From IMG/VR virus record IMGVR_UViG_3300033153_006754, positions 1 through 63,727 of that record: a stretch of DNA of 63,727 bases, one strand, 5' to 3'. Position numbers and translations under genes: made by a program. The stretch is from a virus (Duplodnaviria > Caudoviricetes). Numbering within the stretch: position 1 is the stretch's first letter; every line of letters begins with the position of its first letter. This document shows positions 22,026 through 32,277 of the stretch, one piece after another. The notes beneath the pieces are model-generated. The model was not told the origin of the DNA. It saw only the letters and a program-made list of their open reading frames with translations, and ran no database searches.

Positions 22026-23408
22026 TTATGCAGCCGCCGTGGAGAGCCCGATCTGGATCCTGATCTCCTGGATTTCGAACGCCGGTACGATGGTGAGGTC
22101 CACGATGATTTGTCCGAGAACCCGCATCGTTGGCGTGCTAACCAGGGAGAACGCAAATCCTTCCAGAGCACCCCGTTTTTGGAGTCGTCCGAGTCCCTCG
22201 TCGATCGCGTTCTCGATGGCGCTACGGTTGGCCGCATTGTTGGGCTTCCCGATGAACGGCAGGGAGACGATGCGAACGGCATTGATGGACTCCTGTGTGA
22301 TCCGCATGGTGGTCAGACGTACGAAGTCCGACCGGTAATACTGGCTTATGTTGTGAGCGCCGGTCATTCCGGAAGCTACAACATACCCGTTGGGACGTGC
22401 CCAGAAGGCGACGTACCTGGCGCCGGCTAGGTCATTGACCTGCCGTGCCGAGAAGTTCCTCAGGGATTCGGCACCCCTGACGATCTGGTTAGTCGTGGAG
22501 ATTTCGGGTGGCAGTGCAGAGATGAGACCCGCGTAGGCCCCGTCTCCCGGACCGTTGTAGTACCCAATGACGGGGTTCAAACGGGCCGACGCCTCGTTAC
22601 GGAACTTGCACCATGAGGAGATGACGCTGATGTAGGCGCCGATGTCGATCGGGTTACCCTTGGCGTCGTTCCGGATGTTTGCCGCGTCCCAAGGAGGTGA
22701 GCCCGTAGGAACAACCTCATCAGTGGTGGCCAGGAAGGCATAGGTGTCAGGGACACCATTGCTTCCTGAATCCGTTACTCCGTCGAAGACGGTGAAGTCC
22801 GAGCCCTGTAGCAACGACGTGTCAAATGCTACCAGAGCCGTAACGTGTGCGTTCTGCTCCGCAAGACTCGGTGTTCCCGAGGTGGCTACGGCAGCGGTCG
22901 GAGGTTCAACACCAATCACGCCCAGGCACGAGTTGTACTCCTTGGTTGCCTGGAAGCAGAAGTTGGCCAACTGGTAGCCATAGTTCTGCGTGCCTGCCAG
23001 ACCGCTCACATCAATCGAGGTGCCGCAAGGCACAACGATGTCCACATCGTGGTGCATGAGCAGTTCGTAGGCCCTGGCAAGGGCAGCGTACCGCTGTGCA
23101 GTAGTGATAGTGTCTTCATCGTACCGCGTACCGGATCCATCCGAAATGACGAACACTTCGACGAGCTTGGCGCCACCGGACATTGCCTCTTGAGCCTTCT
23201 TGGTAATCTCAGAGGGTCCGCCCGCCGCCTTGTCATAGTTCTGGAGGTCTTCGAATCGTGTAAGAACGATCGGGTCTTCCAGAGCTGGCGTCACGTTGTC
23301 CGTCACTCCGATGATGGTCACCTTGGGCCCTATGGCCGGCGGAGTGATCCTGGTACCGAAATCCACGACTTGGGCTCTTGTGCCTGGAATGTTTTCAAAG
23401 TCAGGCAT
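22026..23408 (-). CDS. Tail sheath protein
   Basis: 460 aa; N-terminal IPG and sheath C-terminal RLTTMRI..FIGKPNNAANR..IVPAFEIQEI. Confidence 0.9.
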   Translation of the reverse strand: MPDFENIPGTRAQVVDFGTRITPPAIGPKVTIIGVTDNVTPALEDPIVLTRFEDLQNYDKAAGGPSEITKKAQEAMSGGAKLVEVFVISDGSGTRYDEDTITTAQRYAALARAYELLMHHDVDIVVPCGTSIDVSGLAGTQNYGYQLANFCFQATKEYNSCLGVIGVEPPTAAVATSGTPSLAEQNAHVTALVAFDTSLLQGSDFTVFDGVTDSGSNGVPDTYAFLATTDEVVPTGSPPWDAANIRNDAKGNPIDIGAYISVISSWCKFRNEASARLNPVIGYYNGPGDGAYAGLISALPPEISTTNQIVRGAESLRNFSARQVNDLAGARYVAFWARPNGYVVASGMTGAHNISQYYRSDFVRLTTMRITQESINAVRIVSLPFIGKPNNAANRSAIENAIDEGLGRLQKRGALEGFAFSLVSTPTMRVLGQIIVDLTIVPAFEIQEIRIQIGLSTAAA

Positions 23409-23409
23409 C

Positions 23410-24462
23410 CTACAAACCTCCTAACGGATTGTAGAGTCCAAGGTCGTTGACAGTAATGTCGACTTGTCCTGTCGGCACTGGACATCCGGTCTGTGCCGAG
23501 AGCTCCGGTGGAGCGCCTATACTGACGAGTACATCAATCTGCTCTATCCTCCGAATACGAGCGAATGATACTCGTTCGGTCCTAGCATACCATAGCAATG
23601 GCCTGTGTACCATGTCATTGCGTACGTTGCCGACCGGTTTATCTTCGGTACCCTGCCACTCAAGGAGTTGCTGGACACCATTCCATATGAACACCCATCT
23701 GTACCTCATCATGAAGTCCTGGAACCACGCTATCAGGCCCGGGTCCCCGCCACCATCAACGGCAGCGGTTCCATAGAGCCTCTCGTTGTTCCTGGTAAAG
23801 AGATCGAACTGGACAATATGGTCGAACCACCATCCATAGGTGTCCACACCATAGCTGGGATCAACAACTTCATCGAGGTTTGGTTCACGCAGTAAAGGTA
23901 GCGCTTGCCTCTCCCTGTCAAACGGTCGTTTCCCAACCGTACCAGGCTCCGTGCGACGGATCGAGAACTCGACCGTGTCGTTGAACAAAGCTGGCCGGTC
24001 TGTCGTATCCGATTCATCATCATAAGAAGATGCAGAAACCTCCGATCGCGGGTGCGCATGTGACGCTACGATCATGTTCTTGGTATCAAGCCTCAACCTG
24101 TCAGTCTCTTCTGGATCAGTACCACCGCTTAGGATGACCTCACCTAGAAACTCACCGTCATGACCTGTCACCAGTCTCTTGACCGTGTATACATCACCTG
24201 TTGTCAGGTTCCTGATGTTGTCTCCTTCACTAATATACCGGGCGAATTGAAACAAACCCCTGAAGCTACCCGTCTTCACGAAGTAGCTTTGATAAGCCTT
24301 GAGTCTATCCTGGACCATGACCCACAGGTCCGCGATGCGGGCACCTCTGTCACGGCGCTGCCTGTGAGGTGTACCGGTTCGAGGGTTAATTGACCTCGAC
24401 AGTTCCTGGTAACTTGGCAGGAAGCGTTCATCCCAGTCCTCAAGTGAGCCATCAGTTCTCAT
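23410..24462 (-). CDS. Tail completion/terminator-like protein
   Basis: ATGA overlap with upstream stop gives ~350 aa; WFDHIVQFDLF..RPLLWYARTE; upstream of sheath. Confidence 0.55.
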   Translation of the reverse strand: MRTDGSLEDWDERFLPSYQELSRSINPRTGTPHRQRRDRGARIADLWVMVQDRLKAYQSYFVKTGSFRGLFQFARYISEGDNIRNLTTGDVYTVKRLVTGHDGEFLGEVILSGGTDPEETDRLRLDTKNMIVASHAHPRSEVSASSYDDESDTTDRPALFNDTVEFSIRRTEPGTVGKRPFDRERQALPLLREPNLDEVVDPSYGVDTYGWWFDHIVQFDLFTRNNERLYGTAAVDGGGDPGLIAWFQDFMMRYRWVFIWNGVQQLLEWQGTEDKPVGNVRNDMVHRPLLWYARTERVSFARIRRIEQIDVLVSIGAPPELSAQTGCPVPTGQVDITVNDLGLYNPLGGL

Positions 24463-25061
24463 TCTTTGCCAAGTGCTCCTTCTCGAACCCAGCAACCACA
24501 GTACTCAATTCTGCCGCGCTTGTCACGGAACGGTTGCACCTGGCCGATATTCCAGATCTTCTCGATCTTTACAGCCTGCACAGGCAGGCCTGTATTCTCG
24601 TCCAGGGTAACCTCCAGGATCAAGTCTCTTTTGCTGGGTGTAGGATCCACATCTGGCCCGAACCAGAACAAGTATTGAGCTACGCCCATGATGCCGATGG
24701 CCTTACGACCTTCAAGCAGGGCTGCTACAGTTGGGTCTGTAACTGGCATTCTCCTGGCCAGATGCAGGTGATCAGAGTACAACCAACCAGTTCCGGTGCA
24801 GTGAGGACAATCGGCTTTGGACTCACGCATGGTGTCGCTCCAGCAGCCACACCGCCTCTCCTTGGTGCGCCGGAGGTATACGTAGTGGCCACGACGGCCA
24901 AGAATCCCGGTGATCTCCGACCTCATGTCAATGTCATTGGCAAGGGAGTCAGCTGACGGATACACCGTCGGCGACTGACCTGTAGTCCGCCTGGTATCCA
25001 GTGTAGACGTCGGCCTGACTACATGCCAAGGTTTCGGATTCAGTGGGAGATCGAACGCCAC
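24459..25061 (-). CDS. Neck/head-closure protein with Zn finger
   Basis: 200 aa; RCGCW..CPHCTGTGW; neck position. Confidence 0.6.
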   Translation of the reverse strand: MAFDLPLNPKPWHVVRPTSTLDTRRTTGQSPTVYPSADSLANDIDMRSEITGILGRRGHYVYLRRTKERRCGCWSDTMRESKADCPHCTGTGWLYSDHLHLARRMPVTDPTVAALLEGRKAIGIMGVAQYLFWFGPDVDPTPSKRDLILEVTLDENTGLPVQAVKIEKIWNIGQVQPFRDKRGRIEYCGCWVREGALGKE

Positions 25062-25062
25062 T

Positions 25063-25365
25063 CTATTTGAACTCCTTGTTGTGGATCATGTTCTTCAGGT
25101 CGTTGAAGTTGTTCAGCAGAAGCCGTGGGTTCACAGCCATCTCGTCATTGACCATCTTCATCATGTCTTCTTTGATGTTGTTGCGTTCGAACACGAACTG
25201 CAGCTTCTTGGATCTCCTGCTGCGCTTCTGCTCGAGCCCGATGAACTTGTGCCCTATAGTGCGGAGGATGGCAGCTGTCTCAAGATCCGTGGTCCTGTAA
25301 GGCTCGTTCGGATCCTCTTCTACGCGCTCCCCGGCTCCCCTGCTATCCTGGATTTCAAGTGTCAT
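25063..25365 (-). CDS. DUF5659-like small protein
   Basis: 100 aa; YRTTDLETAAIL..FVF..VNP..NDLKNMIH pattern. Confidence 0.6.
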   Translation of the reverse strand: MTLEIQDSRGAGERVEEDPNEPYRTTDLETAAILRTIGHKFIGLEQKRSRRSKKLQFVFERNNIKEDMMKMVNDEMAVNPRLLLNNFNDLKNMIHNKEFK

Positions 25366-25374
25366 AACAACCTC

Positions 25375-26850
25375 CTATGAATGCCACGGGAAGGATGCAC
25401 CACCTTCCAGCGCCTCATCCGCCTCACCAATGTAGTAAACCTTGTCGATGGACGGATGATCATGGCTGAGCAGAGACTTCATCCTGCGCGAGTTTGTGGT
25501 GTTGGCAGACGGAGATGAGCTGTTTCTATGGTGCTGCCAAGTGCGCAGGTAATAGTCAGTGCGTTCGAATGCATAGCTGGAGCCCTTGACAACCACGCGA
25601 GGTCGGCTTTGACGCCGATACGCACGCAGCTCAATGAGGCTCCTGTCTTTCTCTTTCTCGGCCCTACGATAGGCCGCGATGACTTTTGCAAGGTCCTGGG
25701 GCCTGTAGTCAACCTTCAGGTCCCCGAGCTGCTTGGAGCCGCTCTGCAGACCGGACAGCAGCCCGATCTCGTCGAGGATCCTGAGTATACTGATCGACCG
25801 CACGTACCTCCGGACAGCAGGGTATGGATGTTCAACATCGAACATACCAGCTGCGTGATCAACTGCATCTATGGATGCGGCGTGGATGTGCCTTCGTATG
25901 GTGTCATCCCACAGGTCTGCAACCAGTCGCCCGAGTTGCAGACGAATGTACTCCACACCAACGTACATGGGCCAATACTCAGTGGTGAAGGTAATGTATA
26001 CGTCTTCAGCCAGCATATGACCGGTTGTGTTGACGATATAGTCGGAACGTACACGTACAGTCACCTCAGAGTTGTAGTGGAACGGTGGGCTGTCAGGATC
26101 AATGTCCCAGCGTACTGTGTCACCGCTGAAGGACACAGCACCATAGGGATCTGTTGCGAAGTCAGCTTGACGGACGTCACCGGTTGCGAGCCAGTCCTGA
26201 AGGACTCGCCCGGTTGGGTCCGGAGGTCGAGGGTCACCCTCGCCATAGTACTCGTCCATTCCCAGCACATTGATGATGGACAGCTCGAGCGCGGTAGCTG
26301 AGCCAGTCTGCTGTACAGCTTGGCCAAAGTCGACCCAGATCTCTGACAGAGACCGGTTCACTCCGGACTCGAAACCGCTCGGGTAAGCCTCCTGAATGTC
26401 CAGCACACCGGTGACCTGGCCAAAGTCCGAGTCCTCCCTGATGGGACCAGCCTGGATGATGTCAGTACGATCAGCTGCCTCAGTGAGGGACACATAGCGC
26501 TCTACAGCGGTACGGAATTCGATCTGGTGGGTGTCTGGCAGGTCGATGCCGTCTGAGGCCTTGATGTTGCCTCCTGGCATGCCATCAGAGGCGCCATACA
26601 CGGCCGCAACATAGACCACGTCCTCCAGTAGGCCACGGTCAGGCATGATCTGTATGGTCTTGAGATCTGAGCTAAGGCTGACGTTGACAGGAATGATCTC
26701 AGCTGTGTCGTCACGCCATAGACCCATGGTGCGCTCGGAGACGCTGGATGCCAGGAGTGCTGTGTTGAAGGTGAATGAGATGGTGGCTTCGACATTAGTG
26801 TCGGTAGCCTGATCGAGTGGTGACGTGCTGGCCAGAATTGGAACTGGCAC
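25375..26850 (-). CDS. Ig-like (SbsA/Big_5-type) domain fused to head-tail adaptor-like domain
   Basis: 491 aa; STSPLDQATD..ISFTFN..IMPDRGL..Y; C-terminal SKQLGDLKVDY. Confidence 0.6.
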   Translation of the reverse strand: MPVPILASTSPLDQATDTNVEATISFTFNTALLASSVSERTMGLWRDDTAEIIPVNVSLSSDLKTIQIMPDRGLLEDVVYVAAVYGASDGMPGGNIKASDGIDLPDTHQIEFRTAVERYVSLTEAADRTDIIQAGPIREDSDFGQVTGVLDIQEAYPSGFESGVNRSLSEIWVDFGQAVQQTGSATALELSIINVLGMDEYYGEGDPRPPDPTGRVLQDWLATGDVRQADFATDPYGAVSFSGDTVRWDIDPDSPPFHYNSEVTVRVRSDYIVNTTGHMLAEDVYITFTTEYWPMYVGVEYIRLQLGRLVADLWDDTIRRHIHAASIDAVDHAAGMFDVEHPYPAVRRYVRSISILRILDEIGLLSGLQSGSKQLGDLKVDYRPQDLAKVIAAYRRAEKEKDRSLIELRAYRRQSRPRVVVKGSSYAFERTDYYLRTWQHHRNSSSPSANTTNSRRMKSLLSHDHPSIDKVYYIGEADEALEGGASFPWHS

Positions 26851-26863
26851 GTTAACCTCCGAA

Positions 26864-27364
26864 TTAAGCGCTACCAGGCACGATCAGGTTGCCAGCAGGT
26901 CTGCGTGGCTCGGACGCCTGACTTCTCCTTGCAGCAATTGATTTGAGGCCGTCGTCCCACCTGTTCTTCATCGTGCCAGCCTGCTTACGCCTTTGCTTAT
27001 CCTCGGCCGGGTCTTTACCGCCCGGGATAGCAATGTCTGTGACGATCTGATCAAAGGACTCCATGAACTTGCCCTGACTGTCCGGGTTTGTCAGGTATGT
27101 CACGCGGGTCAGTCCGCGATCAATCCACCTCATGAAGGCTGCGCCTTTGGCAGCAAACATTCCCTGACTGTTCTCCAGGTCCTTTACGATCTCGGCCATC
27201 CGTTCCAGCAGGTACGTGGCTCGTAGCTTCGCGCCCCTCCCAGGTGTCTCGGCGGCCTTCTCGAGCATCTTGACGATCTTGTCAACGAGGCTCGGCTCGT
27301 CGGCCTCCATGAGCATCCTCTTGATGTCGTGGTCGACGGCGAGCAGAGTCTGGATGAGGTCCAT
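26864..27364 (-). CDS. Hypothetical protein
   Basis: 166 aa; RBS AGGAGG. Confidence 0.6.
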   Translation of the reverse strand: MDLIQTLLAVDHDIKRMLMEADEPSLVDKIVKMLEKAAETPGRGAKLRATYLLERMAEIVKDLENSQGMFAAKGAAFMRWIDRGLTRVTYLTNPDSQGKFMESFDQIVTDIAIPGGKDPAEDKQRRKQAGTMKNRWDDGLKSIAARRSQASEPRRPAGNLIVPGSA

Positions 27365-27392
27365 GGAACCTCCTGCCTAATAAAGGGGCTCA

Positions 27393-27413
27393 AGGGGCCC
27401 CCGAAGGGGCCCC
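27393..27413 (-). terminator. C(UUCG)G hairpin after MCP
   Basis: GGGGCCCC-TTCG-GGGGCCCC on the minus strand, ~40 nt after the MCP stop. Confidence 0.6.
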
Positions 27414-27452
27414 GAGAACCTCGATTTACTATTGCGTGTTCAGGCAGCCCGC

Positions 27453-28844
27453 CTAGATGCCAGATACGAACCCGGTCGGAAGTGCTCCCGTGCCCATCTG
27501 CCACTGCAGGGACAGGTTGTCCTCCCAGTCGTAGTTCTTGGCGATCCTGACGTTCTTGGCCTGGATCACGGCCTCGCCCTGGTTGTCCAGCGCAAGGGCG
27601 TACCTTTCCCGGATCTTCGTCGACCTGATGTCACGGCGCGGGTCGTCCCACGATTCCGTGACAGGGTCTTCGTCAACCACGAGGATTCCGAGCTCGTTCC
27701 TGTCGGCCATGATGATGTCTGTCAGAGCGTTCGTTCCATCGAAATAGATGAACGGGGACACGACTACCGCCAATGGCGCGGGGAAGAGAGACGGAACCGG
27801 AGTCATCATTGAGGACTGAGGATCCAGGGTCTGGCCCGGAGTGCCCTCGAGTCCCTGTGATGGCCCCATGTTGACCCCACCAGCGTTCCCGAGTGGGCCC
27901 TGCCCTGGCTGTCCCTGATGGGACTGGAAGAGCTGGCCGTTGTTCATGAACCCGAAGTTGCGCATCGTGCCATCGCGGGCAAAGATGAGCCAACCCATGG
28001 GGTTCATCAGGAGGACGTTGGGGATGAAGCCGACGTTCAAGAGGTCAGCGTACATCACGAAGAGGTCATCCAGGGTGATGGTCTTGTTGAGCAGACCGTC
28101 GATGTGCCGTCCCGTGGTTGCCCCGTGAAGGGATCCGGACGGTGACGCGTTATCGAACGCGATACGGCCTTCGGAGTTGATCAGGTTGAAGATTTTGACT
28201 TCCTTGTGACGAGCGAGTGCACGGCTTGCGGCCTGCAGGTGCATCGTCATGACGTCGAACATGGAGTACCTGATCATTTCGTCGGTGATACGGACCTTGA
28301 GACCGGATTTCCCGATCTTTGCAGTCACGTAACCAGCGAATTCCATGCTCTGTTCCGGATACTCGCCCCCAGGCGGAATGTCTTCGGCCCACATCCCTCC
28401 ACCAGCTGCAGGAAACGTGATCGTCTCCCCAGCAGAGAAGTTGATGCGGCGCATCAAAGTCGTTCCGATGAGAACGGGCTCGGCGGCCTCACGCACGATC
28501 CGGGTGATGACTTTGGGCAGCAGAATGACTGCAGAGGATGTTTCGATAGCATCCTTCAGCCCTGCGCCTTCCATCTTCTGTGCGTTCTCGTCCAGGACCT
28601 GGCAAAGCTTGTCATAGCCTACCCGGTGCGAGTCACGTTCGTGACCCTCCTGGTACTGATAACGCTCCTCCGGATCGAGCCACCCGTTGTTACGCCAGAC
28701 CATGTCGGTCAATGCCAACTGGTCTTCGACGCTGGGGCCACCGCTGCCGAGGGTCTTGGGATCTACCCCAAGCTCCTCTAGCCTGGAATCGACAAGCTCA
28801 CGGATTGACTTGTCGAGGCTTTCGGCTACGGTTCCTTGTGGCAT
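27453..28844 (-). CDS. Major capsid protein (HK97-like)
   Basis: 463 aa; LLPKVITRIVREAAEP, AEDIPPGGEYPE, KSGLKVRITDEMI, DIRSTKIRERY; canonical position; RBS GGAGG. Confidence 0.9.
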   Translation of the reverse strand: MPQGTVAESLDKSIRELVDSRLEELGVDPKTLGSGGPSVEDQLALTDMVWRNNGWLDPEERYQYQEGHERDSHRVGYDKLCQVLDENAQKMEGAGLKDAIETSSAVILLPKVITRIVREAAEPVLIGTTLMRRINFSAGETITFPAAGGGMWAEDIPPGGEYPEQSMEFAGYVTAKIGKSGLKVRITDEMIRYSMFDVMTMHLQAASRALARHKEVKIFNLINSEGRIAFDNASPSGSLHGATTGRHIDGLLNKTITLDDLFVMYADLLNVGFIPNVLLMNPMGWLIFARDGTMRNFGFMNNGQLFQSHQGQPGQGPLGNAGGVNMGPSQGLEGTPGQTLDPQSSMMTPVPSLFPAPLAVVVSPFIYFDGTNALTDIIMADRNELGILVVDEDPVTESWDDPRRDIRSTKIRERYALALDNQGEAVIQAKNVRIAKNYDWEDNLSLQWQMGTGALPTGFVSGI

Positions 28845-28911
28845 CTCAGCCTCCTTGTTTCAACAGGTTCTGTCGATCACTGAACACAATTCAGTAACCG
28901 TTTGCCCCACC

Positions 28912-29724
28912 CTAGAGGAGGGCGATGTTGATCCTCACGTATTGCGTGGCCTTGTTCACTGCCTGGTTCACGATGTACGCGTCCAGGTGACGGGGTACCC
29001 CGTCGTTTTCCATTCCGGTCAGCCCGAGACCGCGCACCGGGCGCTGGAGATGGGCTGCCGACCTCGAGTTTGACCCCGAGGGGATGGTGTCTTTGTACAG
29101 GATTCGACCGCAGATCAGTTCCACAGAGTCAGAGCCGTTCGTCCACTTGTCCGGAACGCCTAACTCTACCCCATCCGCCGCCGGCTTGACCAGGTTGCCA
29201 GCCTCAAAAGACTGACTCAGGTTGTCGCCGATGAGCGGGATCTCGATCTCGTAGTCACAGAGAATCGAGACAAAGGGTTGCAGCTCGTAGTTGACGAGCC
29301 GCTTCTCGATGCTTCCAGTGTACATGTTGTGCCATGCCCACCCGATGGGGTAATTGATGGCGATTTGCGCAGAGGATGATCCAGCGACACTGACCAGTGA
29401 CGGATCCGTCATGTCGGCAGAATCAATGTTAACTGTGTAGTTGACATCGCTAGCCGTGTAGGTCAGGGTTGCTGCTGAAGCACCCGCGCAAGGAACGATC
29501 ACTGGAAGTGATTCGATTGCGGAATCGATCGAGACAATCGTGCCTGCCAAGACCACCCACCACTCATTGTTGAACTTGTCCTCGAGCTTCACAGGTAGCC
29601 AGGACGCGGCCTTGGCTGCCTGATCCAACGCAGGACGGACACCTTGCGAGATCTCGTGGAACCGGTGCAAACCGGTACGATCGTACCCGCGGGCATCCTT
29701 GAGTGTTTTGGTGATATTGGGCAT
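28912..29724 (-). CDS. Head decoration / capsid-associated protein
   Basis: 270 aa between protease and MCP; RBS GGGAGG. Confidence 0.6.
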   Translation of the reverse strand: MPNITKTLKDARGYDRTGLHRFHEISQGVRPALDQAAKAASWLPVKLEDKFNNEWWVVLAGTIVSIDSAIESLPVIVPCAGASAATLTYTASDVNYTVNIDSADMTDPSLVSVAGSSSAQIAINYPIGWAWHNMYTGSIEKRLVNYELQPFVSILCDYEIEIPLIGDNLSQSFEAGNLVKPAADGVELGVPDKWTNGSDSVELICGRILYKDTIPSGSNSRSAAHLQRPVRGLGLTGMENDGVPRHLDAYIVNQAVNKATQYVRINIALL

Positions 29725-29787
29725 CGTTGCCTCCCGTAATTCAAAGGTTGATCTTCAATGTAGCTCCGAGCTACGTTAAAGTGGTAC

Positions 29788-31911
29788 CTACTTCTTTGCG
29801 AAGGTACCCGCCAGACGGTCTTCCAACCGGGATGCCTGGCTTGCCCCGGTGTCCCCACCCTTGTCCTTGTCCTTGTCCTTGTCTTTGTCCTTGTCACCCT
29901 CGTTGTCAGCGCCCACGCCTGTCGGATCGTCCGTTTGTTTGCCATCACGGAGATCCTTCGTGGCGGGAGACAGTTCCCCCTGCAGGTCCTTGACCGAATC
30001 CCGAAGGGAACCCGTGCTTCGGAGAGCCAGCTTGTCCAGGTACTCCTGGCCTGCTGCCTTATCCTTTAGCACGAGCACGTCGGCCTTCTTCAGCTCGGTG
30101 CGGAGATCGTAGATCTTCTGGGCGAACATCTTGTGAAGTTCGACCCGAATGTCCTTGTTCTCCCCAACCATATCGCTGTTCCGGCGGTTGAGATCCTCGA
30201 TCCTCGACTTGGCATGTACCAGCTGGTCTTCCATGCGCTTCGCCTTCTGTTCAGGCTTCTCATCCTTCGGCGGTTCCTGGTCAAGGATGGTATCATCCTT
30301 GTTGGAACCTGCGTCCGGAGGGGTAACCTTGTCCCAGACGGAGATCAGCTTGGAGTATTCCAACTCGTCATCGCCAATTGTGACGCCTAGCACTGATGCT
30401 TTGCGACGCACGTTTGCAAGAATACGAGCCTTCTGAGTGTCGGTGAAGTTTGTGTCCTGCGGAAGCCTTGACAACGCGTTCCTCACATGAGCTGCATCGT
30501 GAACCGGGAAGGACCTGTTGGGGCCACAGAACGCGCTCTCAGGGAGACGATTTCTCGAATCCGTAGTGAGTTTGCCGTCCTCGGCAATGAGACCCGCGAT
30601 GGCGCCTTGGGCTTCACCCATGGCGTCCTCGAAGACGAGATCGTAAACGTTCCCGTCCCAGTCGGACCAGTCATTGCATTTGGCCTCGTCCAGACCTGCC
30701 GCAGCCTTCACGATTCCCACCCACTTTGTAGAGGGACCGTTTGTACCTGGCATATCCGAGCCTCCTATATCCACCATTTGGAGAGAGCTTGCGCACTCCG
30801 AGATACGCTGCTCGAGAGACTGTTGGTCAGCACAGCGGACCAGTCCCCGCTTAGCGATACTCATAGCTACCTCAGCAGCAAGAGCGTCGGTAATCGGGAT
30901 GGTTCCATTGGGACCAACACGAAATCGTGCCTGGTGAAGATCGGTCTCCCGGTCGGAGGTCCTGAAGATTTCGATCCTGTCCAGAGCCTGTTGCGGGGCC
31001 TCGTCCACAAGTCTCCCACCATCGGCGAGGGACGTGAGGATTCTAGCCTCGGCCCACATGCTCTCATCCCAGAGAGATGCAGGGTCTTTATGAGAACCTG
31101 GTTCGAGCAAGAGTTCAATGACACCATCGCGACTGTCGATTAGACAGATACCGCTGAGGGCGCCGATTGCGACCTCTCCACTCTGAAACAAGTCCTTCAT
31201 TTCTTGAGAGTCGAGGAACTCCGCGTGCAGCACCGTAGAGTAAGGCTGCGCTGGAGTGTTCACTCGTGCAAGGTGATCATAGTACAACATGCCAGTGACG
31301 AAGTACATGAGCTTCGGATCATCGCTGTCACCGAACTTGTATACCTGACCTGGTGAGTGGTCACACCGACCCTTCTTGGCTGCCCAGTCCGAGCCGCAGC
31401 ACGAACAGAACAGGTGGTTCGTATCCATTCCGGACGACACAGTGAGGAACCTCTCCCCGAGGATGGCCTCAGCTGCCTTGCCATCGGTGATTGAGGTCTT
31501 CAGCTCAGCAAAGCCGGAGCCCTGATCACGGTAGCCTGGGTTCCTCCAGTCGTTGGGGAGCTTGTCCTCGCCGATCAGGGGAATGTACCTGGCCTCGCGT
31601 ACCCGCCCGACGGTATCCGGTTCCGGAGCCCCGGGCATTCCCGAAGGATGGCTGGCCAGAACAGGCTTGCGGTAAGGCGTGGTCCAGTAGACCATGCTCT
31701 TGCGCATATGGGAGCCCGGGTAGCAGCGCCGGTTGACAATGGTGCCCGAGTGTGTGGCGTCAAAGGTAACCATGAGGGAGGAGTTGCTGGACTTGCGGTT
31801 GATCCTGTCCATCAGAGTGCCCAGCCTGAACGTGGCCTCGCGACCATCAGCCAGACGGGAAGCCTGAATGTTGAATGGGTCAACAGCAACAATGTCTTGG
31901 AGTGTTATCAT
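29788..31911 (-). CDS. Prohead protease-scaffold fusion with Zn-binding insert and DUF6582-like domain
   Basis: 707 aa; ATHSG, LTVSSG, CSCC..CDH; LTTDSRNRLPESAF..RSFPVHDAAHVRNAL; coiled-coil C-terminus. Confidence 0.75.
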   Translation of the reverse strand: MITLQDIVAVDPFNIQASRLADGREATFRLGTLMDRINRKSSNSSLMVTFDATHSGTIVNRRCYPGSHMRKSMVYWTTPYRKPVLASHPSGMPGAPEPDTVGRVREARYIPLIGEDKLPNDWRNPGYRDQGSGFAELKTSITDGKAAEAILGERFLTVSSGMDTNHLFCSCCGSDWAAKKGRCDHSPGQVYKFGDSDDPKLMYFVTGMLYYDHLARVNTPAQPYSTVLHAEFLDSQEMKDLFQSGEVAIGALSGICLIDSRDGVIELLLEPGSHKDPASLWDESMWAEARILTSLADGGRLVDEAPQQALDRIEIFRTSDRETDLHQARFRVGPNGTIPITDALAAEVAMSIAKRGLVRCADQQSLEQRISECASSLQMVDIGGSDMPGTNGPSTKWVGIVKAAAGLDEAKCNDWSDWDGNVYDLVFEDAMGEAQGAIAGLIAEDGKLTTDSRNRLPESAFCGPNRSFPVHDAAHVRNALSRLPQDTNFTDTQKARILANVRRKASVLGVTIGDDELEYSKLISVWDKVTPPDAGSNKDDTILDQEPPKDEKPEQKAKRMEDQLVHAKSRIEDLNRRNSDMVGENKDIRVELHKMFAQKIYDLRTELKKADVLVLKDKAAGQEYLDKLALRSTGSLRDSVKDLQGELSPATKDLRDGKQTDDPTGVGADNEGDKDKDKDKDKDKGGDTGASQASRLEDRLAGTFAKK
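29860..29895. repeat. Hexanucleotide tandem repeat encoding (DK)n
   Basis: About six CTTGTC units, one variant. Confidence 0.85.
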
Positions 31912-32204
31912 CCGATTCGAACTACTCCACTCCCGAGGAAGGTTCCCAGCACACCTGCGATCCCTTTTTGCCTGCCCGCTGCGAAGCCTTTGAGCGCCGG
32001 ATTCGGAACTGCGGCTGCACCTGTGCTCGGGTTACCGAGGAACAGGTTCTCGGGCATTGGGGTCCCACGTCGCATGCCAGTTGGATTCCGATCTTTGGTC
32101 TGACTATGCAGATCCTTCTCGACAGCTGATAGATAGTTGCCTACCGCATCAACTCTCGGATCGTAAATCACTCCTGCGTTACTGGGGCTGATAGCTACAG
32201 CCAT
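31908..32204 (-). CDS. Hypothetical protein
   Basis: 98 aa; RBS GGAGG; ATGA overlap with protease gene. Confidence 0.6.
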   Translation of the reverse strand: MAVAISPSNAGVIYDPRVDAVGNYLSAVEKDLHSQTKDRNPTGMRRGTPMPENLFLGNPSTGAAAVPNPALKGFAAGRQKGIAGVLGTFLGSGVVRIG

Positions 32205-32277
32205 GGTGAACCTCCAACAAGAGTTTTACTGGGATCCAGGACCAGCTGTCAAGATAAAATTTATCTCAGCTGGAAAC

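Noticed and set aside
37-23408. Bacterial contractile injection system or tailocin rather than a phage
   Set aside because: Terminase, portal, protease and MCP are present in the same operon.
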